NCBI GenBank assembly: GCA_965198945.1
Contig: CBDAQI010000013.1
Coordinates: 128,001-192,000 of the forward strand
Reading direction: 5' to 3'
Source of the DNA: Thermodesulfobacteriota bacterium
Lineage (GTDB): Bacteria > Desulfobacterota_D > UBA1144 > Nemesobacterales > Mycalebacteriaceae
Length of the DNA: 64,000 nucleotides
Below, piece after piece: positions 1-8,661 of the stretch. The notes beneath the pieces were generated by a model. The model had not been told where the DNA came from. It ran no database searches and was given only the letters and a program-made list of their open reading frames with translations. The position numbers were made by a program, and so were the translations under genes. Every line of letters starts with the position of its first letter. Within the stretch, counting starts at the first letter, position 1.

Positions 1-306
1 ATCGGGGAAGTGAGTGAATACACGGGCCTGAAAAGCCATACCGTACGTTACTGGGAAAAAGAGTTTGAACAGATCAAACCGACGAGAAGACGCAGTCAGC
101 GTCTTTATGACAGAGAGACTATTTACTTGATACTCAGAATAAAACGTATGCTTTATAAAGAAAATTACACGATAGCAGGCGCAAGAAAGAGACTAAAAGA
201 GGGATTGCCGGGCTCTGACGGCAGGCTGAAAGACTCGGAAGTTCTTTCTGATATCTGCAAAGAGCTCAGAGAAATCATAAATTTTCTTGACGATAACCGG
301 TTATAA
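1..306 (+). CDS. MerR-family HTH transcriptional regulator (5' end truncated by window edge)
   Basis: Frame open from base 1 (IGEVSEYTGL..HTVRYWEKEF..RRRSQRLY) matches the MerR HTH; merR-tRNA-Pro-surE is a familiar gene order. Confidence 0.85.
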   Translation: MGEVSEYTGLKSHTVRYWEKEFEQIKPTRRRSQRLYDRETIYLILRIKRMLYKENYTIAGARKRLKEGLPGSDGRLKDSEVLSDICKELREIINFLDDNRL

Positions 307-338
307 TTCCCCCGCTTATTAATAAAAAGGCTCTAAGT

Positions 339-415
339 CGGGGCGTAGCGCAGCCTGGTAGCGCACCGGTCTGGGGGACCGGTGGTCATCGGTTCAAATC
401 CGGTCGCCCCGACCA
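339..415 (+). tRNA. tRNA-Pro(GGG)
   Basis: CGGGGCG/CGCCCCG acceptor stem, anticodon loop CTGGGGG, GGTTCAAATCC T-arm, encoded CCA. Confidence 0.97.
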
Positions 416-420
416 CTTTT

Positions 421-1191
421 ATGACTGAAAAAATAAGAATACTTTTGTCAAATGATGACGGGATAACGTCTCCCGGAATTGCCGCTCTTGAGAAATCTCT
501 TTCATGTCTCGGAGAGATTATTATAGTTGCGCCCGACAGAGACCAAAGCGCCTCAAGCCATGCTTTGAGTATACACAGACCCCTTCGCGTTGAGAAAATT
601 GCGCCGAACAGATACAGCGTTGACGGCACTCCGACAGACTGTATAAATCTTGCCGTGAACGGCCTGATAAACGGCAAAAGGCCCAATCTGGTTGTTTCGG
701 GCATAAACAAAGGAGCCAATGTGGGTGACGATGTTACTTATTCCGGAACGGTCAGCGCGGCTATGGAGGGAACACTTTTGAGGATTCCTTCAATTGCAGT
801 GTCTGTTTTGGGGAAAAAGAATTTTATCTTTGAGACGGCTGCGGAATACATAAAAACTGTCGCAAGTTTTGCCCTGAAAAAACGGCTTCCCAAAGATACC
901 TTTCTTAATGTGAATGTTCCCAATCTGCCGATAGAAAAAATCAAGGGAGTGAAAATTACAAAACAGGGAAAAAGATTTTATAACGAAGAGATAATCAAGA
1001 ACAAAGACCCGAGAGGCAAACCCTATTACTGGATAGGCGGGGACGAACTTGATTATAAGAAAATTCCCAATTCTGATATTCTTTCCGTTATGAACGGCTG
1101 GATATCAATAACGCCGATTAACCTTGATTTTACTGACTATTCATATCTTGAAACTCTTGACAAAGACCATATTCTGGAACTGAAAAAATAG
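421..1191 (+). CDS. surE: 5'/3'-nucleotidase SurE
   Basis: Motifs ILLSNDDG, DGTPTDC, VVSGINKGAN, YSGTVSAAMEG; ATG at 421 just after the tRNA. Confidence 0.96.
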   Translation: MTEKIRILLSNDDGITSPGIAALEKSLSCLGEIIIVAPDRDQSASSHALSIHRPLRVEKIAPNRYSVDGTPTDCINLAVNGLINGKRPNLVVSGINKGANVGDDVTYSGTVSAAMEGTLLRIPSIAVSVLGKKNFIFETAAEYIKTVASFALKKRLPKDTFLNVNVPNLPIEKIKGVKITKQGKRFYNEEIIKNKDPRGKPYYWIGGDELDYKKIPNSDILSVMNGWISITPINLDFTDYSYLETLDKDHILELKK

Positions 1192-1259
1192 GGTTCAAAC
1201 CCCTTTGTAAATTTCCGTTTCTTTACCGCGGAAGTTTTTTATATGCCAAATATGGGAAT

Positions 1260-1892
1260 TCAACCCAATGCGGGGAAAACTCCTCTTATGCCGTCAATAA
1301 GCATCCCCATAGAAATGGCAAGCAGTATCATTCCCATCAAACGGGTCATAATGACACGTAATGTGTTTGTCAGTAATTTCCCCAAAAATGATGCAAAAAA
1401 CAGCACCAGAAAAAGTATAATCAGAATTGCGTAAACTATGCTCCCGATTTCAAGCAGATCAATAAAATCTTTTGCATGACCTCAGTAAATTATGAGGGTT
1501 GCAATGGTTCCCGGTCCGATTATCATCGGAAAAGTAATTGGATAGAAAGCCAGCACCGAAAGTTCGGACATCTGTTTCTGTTCCTTTCCCGTCCCGTGGT
1601 GGGAAGTAATATCATGACCGTTTAGCATTGACCAGGCTATTGTTGCAAGCACCACTCCTCCGGCAATACGGAACTGGTCCACCGTAATGCCGAAGAAACT
1701 GATAATCTGCTGACCGGCAAAAAGAAAGACTGCGGCCATGATGGCTGAAAAAAAGGTGATCTTGACTGCAAGCACACGTTGCTGGGCGACACTGAATCCG
1801 TCCGTCAAAGCCATAAAAATTGGCAGATTCACAAACGGGTTCATGATTGCAAAAAAAGTGCCAAAAACCTTTATAAGTTCAGTGCCGTCCAT
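1260..1892 (-). pseudogene. MarC-family membrane protein with an in-frame TGA at 1482-1484
   Basis: FAIMNP, FRIAGG, PITFPMIIGPG motifs; the same frame continues after TGA (GHAKDF...IMTRLMGMILLAIS..IDGI) to a stop at 1260-1262. Confidence 0.85.
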
Positions 1893-2380
1893 TATGGTTC
1901 TCCCGGTTTTTTTGTCAGCAAAGCTTTTATACTAATCGGATGGCAGGCGAATACATAATCCGCGGGATGTTTCCTACGCTTGGATGTCCTGTCATTATGA
2001 ACCTTGGGACCCGCTGTTGAAGACGGGTGAATAGATTTATTGTGTGTTGACGGGAAATGTTGTCTGACAAAAGCAATGTCGGGCGCTGAGGCGTGTGACA
2101 AGGGCGCTCTGTGCTTTTTAAGTCGTCAAAACCGCAACTTTGATTTTTAACTCTGACTCTCGGTTTTTATTTGAAAAAGGTTTGATAGAAACGGATTCAA
2201 AGTTTATGATAGAGGTAGCTTTTTGCCTCAGTGGAGGCCGTGCCTTGCCGACTTGAGTGTGGTTTATGCATAAAGTTGCCCGCCGGTTTGCTTCTGCAAA
2301 CGGGGGGAAATTTTTATGAGTAAAAACCGGGCTCTCTTTTTGATCTCTCCGGAGACCGGATTTTATTACGGAGTTGAAAA

Positions 2381-2959
2381 ATGAATTTTTTAAGGCGTCT
2401 TTATGAAAGTTTTCTGGGGTTCTCAGGCAAACCTTATGCCAGTTTTGTTCTGAGTGCGGTGGCATTTGTTGAGTCTTTTATATTCCCCATTCCACCCGAT
2501 GCCTTGCTTATTCCAATGTGTTTGGGAAACCCGGCCAGAGCTTTCAGGTTTGCTCTTTACTGTTCGGTGTTTTCCGTGCTTGGCGCCTGTACCGGATTTT
2601 TTCTCGGCAAGTTTTTTTGGAGTCTGGCCGGGCAATGGTTTTTCACATATATATTTAATGAGGCAAGTTTCAACACGGTTGGTCAAATGTTCAATGAAAA
2701 CGGCTTCTATGCAATTCTGGCATCCGCTTTTACACCGATTCCTTTCAAAGTTTTTACAATTGCCGCCGGTGTTTTCAATGTGAGTTTCGGGGCTCTGCTA
2801 GCCGCTTCCGTTATCGGCAGAAGCGCGAGATTTTTCTTTCTTGCGGGTCTTGTGTGGAAATTCGGTGAAGACATCAAACCTTTTATTGACAGATACTTCA
2901 ATACTCTGACGATTATTGCGGTTTTGCTTCTTGTGATTTTAGTTGTTCTGCTCGGATAA
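2381..2959 (+). CDS. YqaA/DedA (VTT-domain) membrane protein
   Basis: AFVESFIFPIPPDALLIPM and FTPIPFKVFTIAAG are YqaA-family signatures. Confidence 0.88.
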   Translation: MNFLRRLYESFLGFSGKPYASFVLSAVAFVESFIFPIPPDALLIPMCLGNPARAFRFALYCSVFSVLGACTGFFLGKFFWSLAGQWFFTYIFNEASFNTVGQMFNENGFYAILASAFTPIPFKVFTIAAGVFNVSFGALLAASVIGRSARFFFLAGLVWKFGEDIKPFIDRYFNTLTIIAVLLLVILVVLLG

Positions 2960-3009
2960 TAAAGAGTGCTGAAAAAGTCTGATTTCCCAAGTAGACTTTG
3001 GGTGAAATA

Positions 3010-3849
3010 ATGCCAAACATATTTGAACAGAACAGGGATGCGAGGAGACGCTCAAAAAGACGGCGCCTGGTGGTTTCGCTTGCCGCGGCCTTGCTTCTTA
3101 ACTTGATTGTCCTGATGTCTCTGAACTTGCGCACGGTCCGGCAGGTTGAAACGCAGGATTTGTTCCTTGAGCTTGATATAACGGACTTTGTGCCGGAGCA
3201 GGATGAATCTCCCGATATTGTGGTGGATGATTCCAGGGCGTATTCCACAAAGTCTTACAACTCCCAGAGAGACAAAGTGAAATACGGCACTTACGGCGGG
3301 CTGCCAAGTTCTCCGTCCGTGCCCCAGCCTTATTCGCCTGCGGAAGACGCGGTTGAAAAATTAACTGATCAATCTGATTTGGTAGAAAAAACACTCTGGC
3401 AATTAGTTAGAGAATCCACAAGAGAATCTCTCAGAGAGATCTACAATCAGGCGGATGACAGGCGTCCGGGCAATGACGGAGACTATAAGGGAGAATCGGA
3501 TGAAAATGATTTCAGCGTGATTAAACCGGAAGACAAATACATATCTTATCTCCAGAAATTCAGAAGTAAAATTCAAAATGTATGGAGGCCGGACCTTATA
3601 TTCCCAGCAGGTCATGTAAGCCGCGGAGATATTTACACTGTTTTACAGGTGGAAATAAAAAGAGACGGGACGCTCCGGTTTATTGAGATATCCAGGTCTT
3701 CCGGTATTGCCGCTTTTGACAGCGAAGCGATCAGAACAGTGAGAGAAGCCGCTCCTTACAGCCCATTCCCGCCCAGCTGGAAAGATCAGTCAACATTCTC
3801 TTTCGCTTTTGGATTTAAGTTGGTCGGCAACAGTATCATAATCATGTGA
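3010..3849 (+). CDS. TonB/TolA C-terminal-domain energy transducer
   Basis: N-terminal TM anchor, Pro/acidic linker, C-terminal KIQNVW..IKRDG..SSG..FDSEAIRTVREAAPYSPFP. Confidence 0.8.
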   Translation: MPNIFEQNRDARRRSKRRRLVVSLAAALLLNLIVLMSLNLRTVRQVETQDLFLELDITDFVPEQDESPDIVVDDSRAYSTKSYNSQRDKVKYGTYGGLPSSPSVPQPYSPAEDAVEKLTDQSDLVEKTLWQLVRESTRESLREIYNQADDRRPGNDGDYKGESDENDFSVIKPEDKYISYLQKFRSKIQNVWRPDLIFPAGHVSRGDIYTVLQVEIKRDGTLRFIEISRSSGIAAFDSEAIRTVREAAPYSPFPPSWKDQSTFSFAFGFKLVGNSIIIM

Positions 3850-4906
3850 TAACAACACCCGGGGAGCCGCCCTTTCCCGTTTTTTCAACTCTTCCGATAA
3901 TACGCGCTCCTTTGCATCCGGTTTTCTCAAGTTTTTTCAAAATGCCGCTTGAGTCAGCGGGGTTTACCGTCAGAGTCATTCCTATTCCGCAGTTGAAAAC
4001 TCTGAACATATCGTTGTCATCCAAACCCGCCGAGTTTTTGACAAGTTCAAAAATAGCCGGGATTTTCCAGGAAGATTTTTCAATAACCGCCACACACTCA
4101 CCCGGCAGCGAACGGGGGATATTTCCGAGCAGTCCGCCGCCCGTTATATGGGCCGCTGAATGAACATCAAAATTTTCAAACACCTCCTTTAGAGGCCGGA
4201 CGTAGATTTTTGTCGGTTCCAGCAGCTCTTCCGCAAGTGGACGGGAAAAGCCCTCCGGTATGGAGTCCGGAGTGAACTGCCGTTTTTCCAGAAGAGCTTT
4301 TCTAACGAGCGAATAGCCGTTTGAATGCAAACCGCTTGAGGGCAGTCCAATTATTTCGTCGCCCGGGCAAACCTTTTTTCCGCTTATGTATCTATTTTTG
4401 TCGGCAATGCCTACCGCAAATCCGGCAATGTCAAACTCTCCGCCGGAGTAGAAGTCCGGCATTTCCGCCGTTTCTCCTCCAAGAAGAGCGCACCCCGCTT
4501 CCGAGCATCCTTTTGTGATTCCTTTAACAACCTCAGCCATCTTTTCAGCCTCCAGACGGCCTGTTGCAATATAGTCCAGAAAGAAAAGAGGCTGCGCGCC
4601 GCATGTAATTATGTCATTGACACACATTGCCACAAGGTCAACGCCTATGGAATCAAATCTGTCTGCGGCGAAGGCTATTTTCAGTTTGGTTCCGACTCCG
4701 TCAGTTGCTCCGACGAGGTATAAGTTCGTGCCGGGAAGAATGTAAACTCCCGAAAAACCGCCGTATTGTTTTAGAACGTTGCCGTTATGAGTTGCTTGAA
4801 CAAGGGGTTTAATGAGCCGGACGAACCTGTCCCCCTCTTCTATATTAACGCCGGAATCGGAATATTGTAGTTTTTGTTTGGCCTGATTTTGTTTGTTTTT
4901 TACCAC
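3842..4906 (-). CDS. purM: Phosphoribosylformylglycinamidine cyclo-ligase
   Basis: TDGVGTK, DLVAMCVND, GGETAEMP, GLHSNGYSL, HITGGG. Confidence 0.97.
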   Translation of the reverse strand: MVKNKQNQAKQKLQYSDSGVNIEEGDRFVRLIKPLVQATHNGNVLKQYGGFSGVYILPGTNLYLVGATDGVGTKLKIAFAADRFDSIGVDLVAMCVNDIITCGAQPLFFLDYIATGRLEAEKMAEVVKGITKGCSEAGCALLGGETAEMPDFYSGGEFDIAGFAVGIADKNRYISGKKVCPGDEIIGLPSSGLHSNGYSLVRKALLEKRQFTPDSIPEGFSRPLAEELLEPTKIYVRPLKEVFENFDVHSAAHITGGGLLGNIPRSLPGECVAVIEKSSWKIPAIFELVKNSAGLDDNDMFRVFNCGIGMTLTVNPADSSGILKKLEKTGCKGARIIGRVEKTGKGGSPGVVIT

Positions 4907-5040
4907 GGCAGTTTATTCATAAGCGGTGCTATAACAGGACCGAAAAAAGCTACCGTTACGATAAGAAAAATCAAAAATGCTATGGAAAGAACGGTGTGTA
5001 TGACAATTATTTTTGCCAGATTATCCAGAAATCTGCTCAT
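4900..5040 (-). CDS. 46-aa single-pass membrane protein directly after actF (not in the ORF track)
   Basis: MSRFLDNLAKIIVIHTVLSIAFLIFLIVTVAFFGPVIAPLMNKLPW; GGAGG 10 nt upstream; fills the actF-purM gap exactly. Confidence 0.65.
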   Translation of the reverse strand: MSRFLDNLAKIIVIHTVLSIAFLIFLIVTVAFFGPVIAPLMNKLPW

Positions 5041-5043
5041 ATT

Positions 5044-6237
5044 TCAGTGGCCTCCATGATGCGAGTTTGGACCGTCAAAATAAGGGTCTCCAAAAGGTAT
5101 TGAGGGAAATTTTGTCAGAAAAGTCAGCGTGGTGCATAAAAAAGCCCCCGCAAAACCGAGAGTAATTAAAAAATCATATGGAGAAGTTTGCAGAGAAGAA
5201 GAAAAAGACGGTGTGACAAGCAGAAACTTGTCCATCCAAAGACCGCATAAAAACACCATTGATATGAATACCGCTATGGGCCTGGTAATTTTGTGCGTCC
5301 TGGGCATGAATGAGATGAAAGGGAATATGAAGCAGCATGTCAGCACAGCCCATGAGAAGGTTTTGAAAGGTTCTTCCGCAACCCTTTTGATAACGAAAGC
5401 GGTTTCTTCCGGCATATTTGCATACCAGATGGGCAGCAGTTGAGAAAACATCAAATAAGCCCACAAAAGCGCAAATCCGTTTAGCATTTTTCCAATATCC
5501 CAGAAGTGGTAATCACCCAGGTATTTTTTCAGATTAAGGTAGCGCAGGAGCCCAGCTGAAATAATTATGGTCATTCCCACAGCCGATATAAGCCCACCCA
5601 TAAAGTAATACGGACCGAAAAGGGTGCTGAACCAGTGAGGGTCAAGCGACATCATGAAATCCCATGAAAAAAAACTGAAAACCACCGCATATGTTCCCAC
5701 TATGTAAGGCGCAAGCTTTTTCACTGATTTAAAATCGGTTTTTGAAGGGTCAGTGTCAAGAAGCACGGAATTGCGTACATATCTGTATGTCAAAAACAGA
5801 AGAAGCGCAAAGCCCAGAAAGTTTCTGAGAAAAACAAAAGTCATATTCAGCCAGATGTCTTTCGGGGCATGGTAGTGATGAGTTGAATATGGAAGCAGAT
5901 AATCGGCGCCGGCGAATATCAAAAGCAGAAGTAGCATTGAAAGGGGAAGAAAAGAGCCGAAAGATTCACTTATTCTGAGAAAAGACCTGCCCCACCTGGC
6001 ATTTGTAATCCTCAACACGCATGAAAAAATAACTCCCCCCTGAGCGACCGCAGTCCAAAAAAGAAAATTAATCAGCAGTATGCGCCATGCGCCGGGGGAA
6101 GAATCAGGAGAGCCTGCGGCGATTGCAAATGCAAGCGCGCCCACCGCCGCTATTGCGCCGAGAAAAAACAGTATCCATTTGGGAATCCGCCCGGTTTTGG
6201 CCAGCACATCTTCGCGTGTTTTATCAGTTTTCTCCAT
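5044..6237 (-). CDS. actF: Alternative complex III membrane subunit F (NrfD-like paralog)
   Basis: Polytopic; DFMMSLDPHWFSTLFG, WAYLMFSQLLPIWYANMPEET. Confidence 0.9.
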   Translation of the reverse strand: MEKTDKTREDVLAKTGRIPKWILFFLGAIAAVGALAFAIAAGSPDSSPGAWRILLINFLFWTAVAQGGVIFSCVLRITNARWGRSFLRISESFGSFLPLSMLLLLLIFAGADYLLPYSTHHYHAPKDIWLNMTFVFLRNFLGFALLLFLTYRYVRNSVLLDTDPSKTDFKSVKKLAPYIVGTYAVVFSFFSWDFMMSLDPHWFSTLFGPYYFMGGLISAVGMTIIISAGLLRYLNLKKYLGDYHFWDIGKMLNGFALLWAYLMFSQLLPIWYANMPEETAFVIKRVAEEPFKTFSWAVLTCCFIFPFISFMPRTHKITRPIAVFISMVFLCGLWMDKFLLVTPSFSSSLQTSPYDFLITLGFAGAFLCTTLTFLTKFPSIPFGDPYFDGPNSHHGGH

Positions 6238-6784
6238 CTTGTTTTTCCTGTTCTTTTACTTTTGGTTTGTTTTTCAATTGCAAATGCCTTACATAATTAA
6301 CCAAATGCCAGCCGTCTTGCGCCTGAGGCATATTTTCCCCGTAAGCGGGCATCATAATCTTTCCGCCATAAATAATATATGCGTAGATATACCCGTCAGT
6401 TCTTGCTTCCGTTGCCGCAGAGGTTAAATCAACCGGATAGAATCCGTGCCCCTTTGAAATAATAACTCCGTCTCCAAGCCCCTTTTCCCCATGGCAGGAA
6501 ACACAGTTGTAGACAAAGAGCTGCTTTCCTCTTTCTATTGACCGGGCGGTTGCCTGAATGGGGGATTTATCAACGGCTTCAATCTCTTTTCTCGGAATTT
6601 TCGGAGACTCTTTACGGCTTAAAGAATTTTGCGGATGAAGCACCGGGTTTTCATAAGGGTCATATGAAGGCTGCTCCCACATATCAAATGACCAGTGGAA
6701 TGAATAAGCTCTTTCCGGGACAATCAGCGTACACAAAACAATTGCCGCAAGCAAAACGAAATTTTTGTCTTTATGCGGAGTCAA
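6224..6784 (-). CDS. actE: Alternative complex III monoheme cytochrome c subunit E
   Basis: Signal peptide, DMWEQP motif, single CVSCH, distal MPAY Met ligand; operon position. Confidence 0.87.
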   Translation of the reverse strand: MTPHKDKNFVLLAAIVLCTLIVPERAYSFHWSFDMWEQPSYDPYENPVLHPQNSLSRKESPKIPRKEIEAVDKSPIQATARSIERGKQLFVYNCVSCHGEKGLGDGVIISKGHGFYPVDLTSAATEARTDGYIYAYIIYGGKIMMPAYGENMPQAQDGWHLVNYVRHLQLKNKPKVKEQEKQDGEN

Positions 6785-7304
6785 ACTTTACCTCCTCCGC
6801 TCCTCCTGAAAGCATAATCTCCTTTGCGGCAAGGCAGTTTTTCTCATCCGAACAAACAACCATCAAACCGAATTTGTCATCAGAGAATCTGGGGTCATAC
6901 ATCGTAACGGGCGCTCTTCTGCGCAAAAGCGAGTTTATAAGCAGGCCCATAAGTGTTGAGAGCGCTCCGATAAGTATTGTGAGTTCAAATATGATAACTA
7001 CGAAAGGCAGTATGGAAACAATGGGTTTCGCGCTGACCTGTATGGGCCAGGAACTTGAGGTGATTGTTGTAAATGCAATGCCTGACGCGCCTCCCAGCAA
7101 AGCTCCGAAAAGGGTGAAAAATCTCACCGGGCTTTCAGGTTCGTCAATAATTTCCTCTATCTCATGGCTTGGAACCGGAGAGAATACCCTGATGTTTCCA
7201 AAACCCTTTTCTTTAAGAGTTTTAAGGCAGTCAGCCAGGGTGTCCAAATGCTTGTATACTCCGAGCACGCCGTTTTGAGAATTCTTATCCATTTTCTTCT
7301 CCAT
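6771..7304 (-). CDS. actD: Alternative complex III subunit D (DUF3341)
   Basis: FSPVPSHEI, two TM helices, FELTILIG, YDPRFSDDKFG. Confidence 0.9.
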   Translation of the reverse strand: MEKKMDKNSQNGVLGVYKHLDTLADCLKTLKEKGFGNIRVFSPVPSHEIEEIIDEPESPVRFFTLFGALLGGASGIAFTTITSSSWPIQVSAKPIVSILPFVVIIFELTILIGALSTLMGLLINSLLRRRAPVTMYDPRFSDDKFGLMVVCSDEKNCLAAKEIMLSGGAEEVKFDSA

Positions 7305-8631
7305 GGTTTTTTTTGCGGGGAACGGGGAGTATCTCTTTAATTTCCGCTATTGCTATGGGTGGAAGAGTTTTAAGAAATATCAGAAAAAACATAAAAAACC
7401 AGCCGAAACTTCCCACGGTAAGACCGGCCTCCACCCAGGTAATTTTATAAATTCCCCAGACCGCCGGGTCATAGCCGCGTGAAAGTGAAATGACTATTAT
7501 ATTGAAACGCTCAAACCACATTCCGACATTTATCAGTATTGAAATGATAAAAAGTATTGTCAGGTTGTGGCGGAACCTTTTGAACCAGAGAAGAAGCGGC
7601 ACCACCACGTTGCAGATGACCATTGTCCAGTAAAACGGGGCATATTCTCCCACGGCTCTGTATACAAACTGTTCCCACTCGACCGGAACTCCGCTATACC
7701 ATGCGAACAGAAATTCCACACCGTAGGCGTATCCGATTATCAGAGAGGTGAAAATTATCAATTTCGCCATTCCGTCAAAGTTTTCCATCGTTATGTATTC
7801 CTCAAGATGGAAAATTTTCCGTATAGGTATTGCCAGTGTTATGACCATAGCCAAGCCCGAGAAAATTGCTCCCGCAACAAAATACGGAGCAAATATGGTT
7901 GTATGCCAACCCGGCAGGCTTGCCATGGCAAAATCCCATGAAACAACACTGTGAACGGAAAGAACAAGCGGTGTTGCAAAAGCGGCAAAATATAAGTATG
8001 CCCGTGTGTAGTGAAGCCATTCCCAGTTTGACCCCTTCCAACCCAGAGATAAAAGTGAATACACAAACTTGCGGGTCCTGCCCACAACCTTGTCTCTTAT
8101 TGCGGCAAGATCAGGAATCATTCCCACAAAAAAGAAAATTGAACTGACGGTCAAATATGTGGTGACGGCAAAAACATCCCACAGAAGAGGGGATTTAAAG
8201 TTGACCCAGAGCTCTCTCTGATTAGGGTAAGGAAAAAGCCAATAGAAATTCCATGCTCTTCCGAGATGTATTATGGGAAATAACCCGGCGGTCAAAACGG
8301 CAAAAACAGTCATCGCTTCCGCAAGTCTGTAGATTGACATTCTGAATTTTGCCCTGAAAAGAAAAAGCACGGCGGAAATCAATGTGCCGGAATGAGCTAT
8401 TCCGACCCAGAAAACGAAGTCGGTTATGTATATGCCCCAGAAGACCGGGTGACGAAAACCGGCGACACCAAGCCCCGTATAAACCTGATAGAGAAATGAG
8501 ACCAGGCCGATTCCGACAAAAAAGAGCGATACCCCGAACAGCATTGCCCAGTCTCTTGAAGGTTTTTCAAGAACCCTTACCACATCCGCGGTGACTTTTG
8601 AGTATGTTAGTGTGTTTGATTTGTTTTCCAA
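7285..8631 (-). CDS. actC: Alternative complex III quinol-binding subunit C (NrfD/PsrC family)
   Basis: FVFWVGIAHSGTLISA, IHLGR, SPLLWDVFAV, VHSVVSWDFA, WHTTIFAPYFVAGAIFSG. Confidence 0.95.
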   Translation of the reverse strand: MENKSNTLTYSKVTADVVRVLEKPSRDWAMLFGVSLFFVGIGLVSFLYQVYTGLGVAGFRHPVFWGIYITDFVFWVGIAHSGTLISAVLFLFRAKFRMSIYRLAEAMTVFAVLTAGLFPIIHLGRAWNFYWLFPYPNQRELWVNFKSPLLWDVFAVTTYLTVSSIFFFVGMIPDLAAIRDKVVGRTRKFVYSLLSLGWKGSNWEWLHYTRAYLYFAAFATPLVLSVHSVVSWDFAMASLPGWHTTIFAPYFVAGAIFSGLAMVITLAIPIRKIFHLEEYITMENFDGMAKLIIFTSLIIGYAYGVEFLFAWYSGVPVEWEQFVYRAVGEYAPFYWTMVICNVVVPLLLWFKRFRHNLTILFIISILINVGMWFERFNIIVISLSRGYDPAVWGIYKITWVEAGLTVGSFGWFFMFFLIFLKTLPPIAIAEIKEILPVPRKKNHGEENG

Positions 8632-8661
8632 TTTATTTTCAACCCGTCCGGTTTTTCAAAT

